A DNA stretch of 64,000 nt. It comes from Armatimonadota bacterium (GTDB taxonomy: Bacteria; Armatimonadota; Fimbriimonadia; Fimbriimonadales; Fimbriimonadaceae). Each line of letters begins with the position of its first letter. Within the stretch, counting starts at the first letter, position 1. Under the pieces are notes generated by a model, which saw nothing but the letters and a program-made list of their open reading frames with translations, had not been told where the DNA came from and did no database searches. Where the stretch lies: positions 62,001 through 126,000 of the forward strand of contig JANNQV010000027.1 in the NCBI GenBank assembly GCA_031400935.1, in the 5' to 3' direction. The position numbers and the translations under genes were made by a program. Of this stretch, positions 56,537 through 64,000 are shown one piece after another.

Positions 56537-58585
56537 TCAACGCTCTAACTGCCGGCCTTTCTTGGGCATCGCTTTCCTATTGGTGGCAGGCTGGTAGTCC
56601 ATCCCTCTCTCTTTCGGCAACCCATAGTACTCCGGATGCTCAAATTTCCCGCGCTCGGACACATGCTTTTCGCGCTCATCAGTCGGGCGATTAGCTTTGA
56701 TTCGATTGTCGTTTCGATCAGCTTTGACTTCCCATGAGACTTCGACGTTAGGCGCGCTGGTCATAATGAGAAATCGGTTGTTCTTGATCTTGCGGCCGAT
56801 CTTCGCTTGGACAAAAGTCGCAGTCTCACCATCGTCCACCACTGTTAAAATGTACTTGAAGTTCGTGTTGATCTCCTCGAAGTAGTTCGGAAGATCAACC
56901 CAGGCTTTGCCCTGGGCGTCGGTCACCGCATTGCCGTTATAGAAGTTCTGAGGGAACGGGCTTTCGCTCGAATAGTGGAGCAGGTACTTGTTTTCAGGGT
57001 CAAACGGGTGGTCAATGCGAAACGACTTGACGCCGCTGGCTCCAGAATCGCCCACCGCATAGAGGCCGTATCCAAATGTGGCTGAGCTGGCTTGTCCCCT
57101 CACGCCGTAGGGCACGTCGGCAGCACCTGTGGAGGTTGCGACGGCGTAAACCCCTCGCCCTGTGTCGCCTGCGGACTCAAATCTTCCACCGTATCCGGAA
57201 CCGCTAGTGTTGGTCGCCTCGCCAAAAACGCCGCGCCCACCGATGGCTCCGCTTTTTCCTTCGACGCCAGAAGCTTTACCTGTTGCCGAAACTCCAACAC
57301 CGGTCGAGCTATCGCTCAAAAATTGGCCGCCGAAGTTATTGCCGGTTGTACTACTTGCATATCCAACAACACCTGTACCGTTCGGGCTTTTGGTCCAAAA
57401 GTCACCACCCCATGCCGACCCTGAATCGGAAAGGGCGTATCCACCCACTCCGATTCCGCTGGAGCCATAAGTTTCTCCTACCACGCCATAGTTGCCGCCG
57501 ACACCAGAGGTGGCTCTGCCATAGGCTCCCACACCGCCACTCGAAGGGCTTTCAAAAAAGCCGCCGAAGTTGAATCCGGTAGTCGACGTGTTTTCACCAA
57601 AGACACCCGTGCCTGACGTACTTGAGCTCCGAAAGTGGCCACCATACGCTTCGCCTGTCTGCTTGGTGGATATGCCTCTCATCCCATATACACCGATCGT
57701 ATAACCATACACACCCGTGCCAGCCGCGCTGGCATTAGAAAAGAAACCGGCATAAGTGTTTCCTGTCGCAGCATTTGCAAACCCGGCAACACCATATCCG
57801 GATGTGCCCTCAGTTTCGAACTGGCCCCCAAATCCAGATCCTGATGTGTTCGAAGCTTGACCATAAACACCCCGCCCAGCTAATCCGGCACTCAGTCCGT
57901 AGACTCCATAGTTGGCGCTAGACGCATTTGCAGCCCACCCAAAAACGCCCCGACCCGTCGCACTATCGCTCAAGAACTGGCCGCCATAAGCGTTTCCAGT
58001 AGCCGAAGTAGCATAGCCAAAAACGCCAAGCCCAGTTGAACTCGCGTTCTGTCCATAAACGGCATAAGTTGTTCCCGTCAAACCTGTGGCGTACCCGCTG
58101 ACACCGGACGCCCCATTGGTCGTCGCCGAGTTCGTTCCTCGAACAATGTGGCTTGAACTCGTTCCGGAAATCGTCAACGGATTTGGGACCGCTTGCAAAA
58201 ACGCGGTCGAGTTCAGCCCATCGAGCAGATCGGCATTGACCCCAGCAAGCCCTGTTCCGTTTCCTGAAAAAATGTTGCCCGTATTGCTAAACGTATTTGC
58301 GCCAGTCCATAGGTTGGAGCTGGAAAGCTGCCCGAATGCAGATGCTGAAAGTCCTGCGAGCTGTGATGCGTTCACATTCGTGAGCCCTGCGCCACCGCCG
58401 ACAAACTGCGATGCTCGAACAGTCCCCGAAACATTTGCATGTCCAGATTGGCTCGTTCCCGGCGTGGTAGGTTGAAGGTTCACAAAAGCCTTCGGTGCAC
58501 CAAATTGTGATTGTGCAGTTGCAGCGAGGAGGGCAGAAATCCCTCCTAGAACGACGAGAAACGAAAGAATAGATAAACGGTTCAT
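56537..58585 (-). CDS. Secreted Gly-rich repeat (fibre/adhesin-like) protein, paralogue 1
   Basis: Same N-terminus (LQPTTPGTSQSGH) and C-terminal KSFRIDHPFDPENKYLLH domain; more repeats. Confidence 0.75.
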   Translation of the reverse strand: MNRLSILSFLVVLGGISALLAATAQSQFGAPKAFVNLQPTTPGTSQSGHANVSGTVRASQFVGGGAGLTNVNASQLAGLSASAFGQLSSSNLWTGANTFSNTGNIFSGNGTGLAGVNADLLDGLNSTAFLQAVPNPLTISGTSSSHIVRGTNSATTNGASGVSGYATGLTGTTYAVYGQNASSTGLGVFGYATSATGNAYGGQFLSDSATGRGVFGWAANASSANYGVYGLSAGLAGRGVYGQASNTSGSGFGGQFETEGTSGYGVAGFANAATGNTYAGFFSNASAAGTGVYGYTIGVYGMRGISTKQTGEAYGGHFRSSSTSGTGVFGENTSTTGFNFGGFFESPSSGGVGAYGRATSGVGGNYGVVGETYGSSGIGVGGYALSDSGSAWGGDFWTKSPNGTGVVGYASSTTGNNFGGQFLSDSSTGVGVSATGKASGVEGKSGAIGGRGVFGEATNTSGSGYGGRFESAGDTGRGVYAVATSTGAADVPYGVRGQASSATFGYGLYAVGDSGASGVKSFRIDHPFDPENKYLLHYSSESPFPQNFYNGNAVTDAQGKAWVDLPNYFEEINTNFKYILTVVDDGETATFVQAKIGRKIKNNRFLIMTSAPNVEVSWEVKADRNDNRIKANRPTDEREKHVSERGKFEHPEYYGLPKERGMDYQPATNRKAMPKKGRQLER

Positions 58586-58751
58586 GTGGTTGCCCTCAAA
58601 TACAACAAGAATGATAACACCGAAACTCAAAATGATGGTGCGGCTCAGTCACCATAAGTGCATTCTGTTCACCATAATTTACTGGCTTGAATTTAACAAA
58701 CAGAAGTAGGTAGGCTAGACAAAGCCGATAATAGTGTAAATAGATTATCCC

Positions 58752-59525
58752 ATGAGCCTTTACCATCGCCTCGATCTTTCTGGCTTGCCGACAAGAACCG
58801 TGTTCAGCCACGGCGAAATGGCAAAAGAAGCCGATGATTGGGAACATACGGGAGAATGGTGGCGAATTACGATCTATGAATACGATGGATGGATCGAATT
58901 CAAGGGCCGCCGTTTCGACCTAACGCCAGGAACGGTTATCGTGTTGCCGCCAAGAGCCCATTTCAAACAAGATCGGTACGGCGAAGACCTGATGACCATG
59001 TATTCGAATTTCGTGCCAACCGAATCGGGCGAGCAATTCATGGCGATTCCAGTCTGCACGCACTTAGGCGATACCTACCTTCATCGGCGAACAGAATGGC
59101 TTCGTAACGTTCGGAGGCTCCAATTGAGTGTTTTGCCCGCAAGAGCAATGCTGTACCAATTGCTATGGATTCTTGCCGAGCCGCTTAGCAAGTACCGCCG
59201 ACACGCCGCCGTTGATGCCGCCGAGGAATATTTTGAAATACATATGGGTGAAAGCATCTCGATCAGCGAGATGAGCGAAGAGATCGGGATTTCGCACAAT
59301 CAATTGATTCGCCTCTTTCGCCAAGAGCATGGCTTAACGCCCGCCGCCTATTTGAGAAACCGGCGAGCGGAAGAAGCAAGAAGGCTATTGACTACGACAG
59401 ATGAGCCTATCAAGCAAATCGCCGCAAGAGTTGGAGTTCCGAACCTTCATTCGTTCAACTCGTTTACTCGAGACTATTTTGGAATGGGGCCGAGGCAATT
59501 GAGAGAAACGGCGCAGGGTCCATAG
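58752..59525 (+). CDS. AraC-family regulator
   Basis: Cupin-like N-terminus; L.RLFRQEHGLTP..YL...R.EEARRLL.TTD.PIKQIA.RVG...F..YFGMGP..LR. Confidence 0.9.
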   Translation: MSLYHRLDLSGLPTRTVFSHGEMAKEADDWEHTGEWWRITIYEYDGWIEFKGRRFDLTPGTVIVLPPRAHFKQDRYGEDLMTMYSNFVPTESGEQFMAIPVCTHLGDTYLHRRTEWLRNVRRLQLSVLPARAMLYQLLWILAEPLSKYRRHAAVDAAEEYFEIHMGESISISEMSEEIGISHNQLIRLFRQEHGLTPAAYLRNRRAEEARRLLTTTDEPIKQIAARVGVPNLHSFNSFTRDYFGMGPRQLRETAQGP

Positions 59526-59736
59526 AATGCGGCGTTTCATTTTCAACAGCGATTGATAACGAATGCTAGTTTTGATGGACTTTTTGGGTGGAAAAGGGCA
59601 AGAATTTTGTATTGAACTATTGTTCGACGCACAATTTTTCCTTCCAATCAGGCTCAAAAGAAGCATGGAGCCAGTATTTTTGCCTGTTTAATGCGTCCAC
59701 CGTATCTATTTTCGTTTCATTCTGATATTATGTGTC

Positions 59737-59754
59737 TGACCAAACGCTTGGTCA
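59737..59754. promoter_or_regulatory. LacI-family operator-like palindrome
   Basis: TGACCAAA-CG-CTTGGTCA (central CG) just upstream of the lacI-family gene. Confidence 0.65.
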
Positions 59755-59787
59755 CATTTGTCAGTCTCGTTTTGAAACCGGAGTTTC

Positions 59788-60810
59788 ATGTCTGAAAAGC
59801 GCCCCATAACAAGGAATGTGACGCTTAGCGATGTCGCTAAGCGAACTAACGTGAGCCAATACACGGTTTCTGTTGTGCTGAACGGTTCACGATCGAACAC
59901 GCGAGTCTCAACCCTAACACGAGAACGAATTTTTACTGCGGCGAACGAAATGGGATATTCGCCGAATGTTCTTGCGCGAGCGCTCCGCAAAAAGACAACA
60001 AACATCATTGGTCTTTATTTTGGATACGGCCACCTTGAACCGCATGATTCTTTTCATGCCGAAGTGTTATCAGGTCTGCAACGAGGATGCGCCGAATGCG
60101 ACAAGGACTTGATGATCCATTACTCTTTTCACCGCTATAGTGTGGATGAGATATTTGCCGAACTAGCGGGTGGAAAGATTGACGGATTAGTCCTTATCGC
60201 CCATCCTTCAGATCCTCTTGTAGATCGTTTACTAAGCTCAAATCTACCAGTTGTAGCGATGACTGATATCATTCCAGGCGCTAATTGCATTGTCGCCGAC
60301 GATGCCGGTGGCTCGATTGCAATCGCAGAACACTTAGCTCAAAAGGGGCATAAGGTCGTTATGTACCGCCAATGCCCAGGCGAATCAGATTCCGCTTTGC
60401 GGCGATTTGTTGCGTTTGAAGCCAAAGCTACTGAGCTTGGAATCAAAGTAATTACTGCCAAAACAACAGATTGGAAGGGTGCGGTTGAAGAAAACGAGTC
60501 AGACCTCATACTTCATCGGCAAAAACTCGGAATTACTGCGGCGGTATGTTGGGGCGATCCCAGCGCGAACGCCCTACTTTCATTTTGCAAGCAAAACGGC
60601 ATAAAGGTCCCCGAGGACCTTGCCGTTGTCGGTTTCAACGGAATTGAATTGCCGTTTGAGCCGGCTCAACGCTTGACAACGGTGTGCGCTCATTGGTCTC
60701 TTGTAGCCCAAAGAGCCGTGCACCAACTCGTCACTCAACTTGATGGGTCGGAAGATGTGCCAAAGCACACCGTCATACCCGTCCAGTTTATACCTGGGGA
60801 AACAACATAG
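59788..60810 (+). CDS. LacI-family regulator
   Basis: TLSDVAKRTNVSQYTVSVVLN, GYSPNVLARAL, GIKVPEDLAVVGFN, LTTV. Confidence 0.93.
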   Translation: MSEKRPITRNVTLSDVAKRTNVSQYTVSVVLNGSRSNTRVSTLTRERIFTAANEMGYSPNVLARALRKKTTNIIGLYFGYGHLEPHDSFHAEVLSGLQRGCAECDKDLMIHYSFHRYSVDEIFAELAGGKIDGLVLIAHPSDPLVDRLLSSNLPVVAMTDIIPGANCIVADDAGGSIAIAEHLAQKGHKVVMYRQCPGESDSALRRFVAFEAKATELGIKVITAKTTDWKGAVEENESDLILHRQKLGITAAVCWGDPSANALLSFCKQNGIKVPEDLAVVGFNGIELPFEPAQRLTTVCAHWSLVAQRAVHQLVTQLDGSEDVPKHTVIPVQFIPGETT

Positions 60811-60835
60811 CCCCATGCAACTTCACAGAGGCACC

Positions 60836-61663
60836 ATGAAACGAAACAAGTTATCTGCATTTACTCTAATTGAGCTTCTGGTCGTAATCGCTATTATCGC
60901 GATTTTGGCGGCCATTCTATTCCCTGTCTTTGCTAGAGCAAAAGCTGCTGCAAAGGGTACAGCTACTCTTTCCAATCTTAAGAACATTGGTTTGGCTGGA
61001 CAAATGTACTTATCTGATTACGATGACATGGTTCATCCACATCAGTTCAGTGTCCCCACGACCGACCCCGGAAACGGCAACATTTATAGTGCCGGAGGCC
61101 AAGCGGGATGGTATGAATACACTAAGCCATATACAAAGAACGCTGACATCCTCTGGGATGCCTTGCGTCCTAAAATTGTTGACACGACAAGCAATACAAA
61201 CGTCGCTTGGCAGAGTCTTGTTACGCTGACCCTAAATCGTAACGGATGGTCAAGCTGGGAATCGTTTAGTACGTTCGTTCGAAATTACAGGGTGGCGTCT
61301 TCTCAGGAGGACATAGCAAAGCGAGCAGCCTATATGATTACTGCCGATCCTGCAAATCACAGTCTGGGATGGCGATTCAATTCTGATGAAGCCGGATGTC
61401 CAGTAGTTAACGACCTAGGCAACTTAACTGGCCAATATCCTCGTTGGAACAGAGTCTATATTGCTTCAGAAAAATTCCACAACAAGCAAATCGTCACCTC
61501 GTTTGGCGACGGCCATGCTGGAAAAGTACAACAAAGCAGAGTTATGAGATATTGCTATTCAACAGCTGAAGCAAATGCATGCGCCTATCCTGCATTGGAA
61601 GGTCCGCAATACATGGGCTTTGACACGACGTACTGGGGATATTGGGCAAGCGGAACTCAATGA
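60836..61663 (+). CDS. Prepilin-type N-terminal cleavage/methylation protein with H-X9-DG motif
   Basis: [44 protein letters not shown]. Confidence 0.9.
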   Translation: MKRNKLSAFTLIELLVVIAIIAILAAILFPVFARAKAAAKGTATLSNLKNIGLAGQMYLSDYDDMVHPHQFSVPTTDPGNGNIYSAGGQAGWYEYTKPYTKNADILWDALRPKIVDTTSNTNVAWQSLVTLTLNRNGWSSWESFSTFVRNYRVASSQEDIAKRAAYMITADPANHSLGWRFNSDEAGCPVVNDLGNLTGQYPRWNRVYIASEKFHNKQIVTSFGDGHAGKVQQSRVMRYCYSTAEANACAYPALEGPQYMGFDTTYWGYWASGTQ

Positions 61664-61830
61664 GTCAGATAAAAAAGGAGCTTAATCCCGCGTTATTTTG
61701 GGGCGTAATTGTGCTCCTTGCGATCGGCTTAGCAACGTTCTACTTTATGCAAAATCGGCAACCTCCGGCGATTGATATGAACACTATCAGCCCCGAGAGA
61801 CTTGAAGATCCAGATAAAAGAGGGCAATAG
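61660..61830 (+). CDS. Small single-pass membrane protein
   Basis: MSQIKKELNPALFWGVIVLLAIGLATFYF...; ATGA-coupled to the pilin-like gene. Confidence 0.7.
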   Translation: MSQIKKELNPALFWGVIVLLAIGLATFYFMQNRQPPAIDMNTISPERLEDPDKRGQ

Positions 61831-61918
61831 CCGAACAGCACTTGGTTCACCAACGAGCCGCACACTGCAAGCGCAGTGTGCGGCTATCCATATCGCAACT
61901 TTGTTGTCGTAATTCGGT

Positions 61919-63862
61919 ATGAATTCATCAGCTGACCCCACATTCGCGAGCAGCAATACAAAGGGACAAATTCATGTCGCGCTTGTGTATTTGTGGAGAT
62001 TTGTCGTGCCGTATCGGGGGAAGTTCTTCCTCGGCATTCTTCTTCTCCTATTTGCAGTCCCACTAGGACAATTTGCAATTTTCCTGACGAGGGATGTGAC
62101 AAACAACGCCTTAACGGCAGTTCAGCTTTCGAGCACTGAGCGTTGGGAAACTGTCATTCGAGTCATTTCCATCCAGTTTTGCTTTTGGTTAGCAAGCAAC
62201 TTGCTATCCGTTTGGCGTGAAGTCCTCGAATGGTACACGTCAATGAAATCCACCTTTGATTTGAGGATCAAGTTCTACAAGCACCTTCAGCGACTTCCAA
62301 TGAGCTTTCTGAGCAAGAGGAGCCCAGGCGAACACCTTTACCGATCTACCGCCGATATGGTCTCCATGTTCAAAATCGGAAACCGAATTGAGACCGTTAC
62401 CCCCGCGGGCCAAATGCCCCCAGACAGTAAAGAAGTCCAACTTAGCTATCACTACTCCAATGACGTTGACCCATTTGATCCTGGGGTCATGGGAATGATC
62501 ACTCGGTCTATGCCGTTGTTCATCGAGACTTTGTACGCCTTGGGTTGGGGAGCCGCACTTCTGTTTCTCATTGACCCATTTCTTTCAGTTTGTCTAATCG
62601 CATACATCATTCCTTTTTCTGCGATTTCGTATTTCTCATTCAATAGGGTTCAACATGCGGCGTTCAAATTCAAAGCGAATACGGAAATCGAAACAGGAGT
62701 TTTGCGAGACAGCATTGCCGGAATGAGGGTTCTGAAATCGCTTGGACGGACTCGATTCCAACTCGGAAATTATTTCCATGCTGCCGGTCAAGCTCGCACG
62801 GCTGGCGTGAATATGGCATGGCAGCTCGTTTTGACGCAGAACGTTTTGCAGCAAGGAATGCGCTGGATATTTACTGCAAGTTTGTACCTATATTTGGCCC
62901 TTCGCATAGTAAAGGGCCAGGCCACGATCGGCGATTGGGTGGCGACGGCACTGCTTATTGAGGCAACCCAAATGCCGCTTCAGAATTTCGTACAGCTTCT
63001 CCAACTGCTCAAAATGCAAGCCGTTCCCGCATCCCGAATCGTAGAAACGATGCAAATAGAGCCAACACTCGTTGACAAACCGAATGCATTCCATTTGAGC
63101 GATTTTGAAGGGAAGATAACCTTTGAAAACGTAGAATTCGCGTATGAAGCTGGCAGGCCAGCTTTGGCAAATCTGAGCCTGAATATCGAGCCTGGAGAAT
63201 ACATCGGCATCGTGGGGCCTAGCGGTGCTGGCAAAAGTTCGCTTGCCAATTTGGCTCTACGACTCTATGCTCCCGATTCAGGCCGAGTCATGATTGACGG
63301 CCATGATCTATCTGATATTGAACTCCAGAGCTATTTGGATCACGTCGGAACGGTGCCGCAAACTACATATTTGTATTCGGGCACTGTTCGTGACAACATA
63401 TTGTTCGGAAACCCTTATGCCTCTGACGAGGACCTCGGCGAGGCAGTTGTCCGATCCGGACTGGAATCGTATGTGACCCGCCATCTCGATGGCTTGGAAA
63501 GCTGGATCGAGGACGATTCGAACTTGTCGGGCGGCGAGAGGCAGCGGATCGGAATTGCAAGAGCACTCGTTCGAAATGCAAAAATTCTCATTCTCGACGA
63601 AGCAACCGGGAGCCTGGACCCAGCAACGGAGCAAACCGTATTAGAAACCATAGAGACCGTTCGGCTAGGACGGACAGTAATTTCAATCGCACATAGGCTG
63701 AAAGCTGTCGCGCCTTGCGATCGAATTTATGTCTTAAATGAAGGCTGTGTTGTTCAGCAAGGAACCCACAATTCACTCATAGCTGAACCCGGTTTGTACC
63801 AGGAGCTTTGGAACCAGCAAAGCGAACAAAGCGGCGGAGCGACAGGAGCAGCGAATGACTGA
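61919..63862 (+). CDS. ABC transporter, exporter-fold fused TMD + NBD
   Basis: GPSGAGKS, LSGGERQRIGIARAL, ILDEAT, IAHRL. Confidence 0.93.
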   Translation: MNSSADPTFASSNTKGQIHVALVYLWRFVVPYRGKFFLGILLLLFAVPLGQFAIFLTRDVTNNALTAVQLSSTERWETVIRVISIQFCFWLASNLLSVWREVLEWYTSMKSTFDLRIKFYKHLQRLPMSFLSKRSPGEHLYRSTADMVSMFKIGNRIETVTPAGQMPPDSKEVQLSYHYSNDVDPFDPGVMGMITRSMPLFIETLYALGWGAALLFLIDPFLSVCLIAYIIPFSAISYFSFNRVQHAAFKFKANTEIETGVLRDSIAGMRVLKSLGRTRFQLGNYFHAAGQARTAGVNMAWQLVLTQNVLQQGMRWIFTASLYLYLALRIVKGQATIGDWVATALLIEATQMPLQNFVQLLQLLKMQAVPASRIVETMQIEPTLVDKPNAFHLSDFEGKITFENVEFAYEAGRPALANLSLNIEPGEYIGIVGPSGAGKSSLANLALRLYAPDSGRVMIDGHDLSDIELQSYLDHVGTVPQTTYLYSGTVRDNILFGNPYASDEDLGEAVVRSGLESYVTRHLDGLESWIEDDSNLSGGERQRIGIARALVRNAKILILDEATGSLDPATEQTVLETIETVRLGRTVISIAHRLKAVAPCDRIYVLNEGCVVQQGTHNSLIAEPGLYQELWNQQSEQSGGATGAAND

Positions 63863-64000
63863 ACTTGAAGCCAGATCGCTCGGTCCGGACTACCGCCAGA
63901 ATTCGTGGAAGGCGTTCCGCTTTGTGCTCACATTCATCAAGCCGTTCTTGCCGCGGCTCTTATTGGTGTGCCTCTTGGACATCAGCATTTCACTTACAAA
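63855..64000 (+). CDS. Probable second ABC half-transporter (3'-truncated by the window)
   Basis: MTELEARSLGPDYRQNSWKAFRFVLTFIKPFLPRLLLVCLLDISISLT overlaps the previous stop; N-terminus resembles an ABC TMD start. Confidence 0.55.
   Translation, partial: MTELEARSLGPDYRQNSWKAFRFVLTFIKPFLPRLLLVCLLDISISLT

Noticed and set aside
54673..58585. Prophage tail-fibre genes
   Set aside because: Both have signal peptides, and no other phage genes are nearby.

Overview
Bacterial chromosomal window of roughly 50% GC (by eye). Gene content suggests Armatimonadota (Fimbriimonadales-like); this is inferred from the prepilin/H-X9-DG proteins, PEP-CTERM protein, FlgD-Ig C-terminal protein, SBP-permease fusion and DUF1592/DUF1552 pair. 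In order, it holds: a surface-protein/beta-barrel cluster; a molybdenum-cofactor operon (moaA-moaCB-moeA-moaD-moaE-tauE); a decayed GC-rich islet at tRNA-Val; hldD; tRNA-Ala with a duplicated 5' part; a PEP-CTERM gene abutting a GH13 pseudogene and sugar ABC permeases; dinB; mscL; an MshEN + FlhG pair; mntH/mntR; a protease-rich block (caspase-like, M48, BI-1-like, TPR, ptrB); tRNA-Pro; an orphan scoA; a pilin-like gene plus porin-pstSCAB; mtnA; pdp; DUF1552/DUF1592; two tandem Gly-rich fibre-like paralogues; and an AraC/LacI-pilin-like-ABC locus. The best candidate for an undescribed system is the repeated coupling of prepilin-type H-X9-DG proteins to nutrient-uptake loci. One such gene shares an 11-bp-periodic Pho-box-like array with the pst operon. 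A C-terminal remnant of a paralogue sits directly after pstB. A third copy lies between a LacI regulator and tandem ABC transporters. No CRISPR array, rRNA, intact transposase or integrase was seen.
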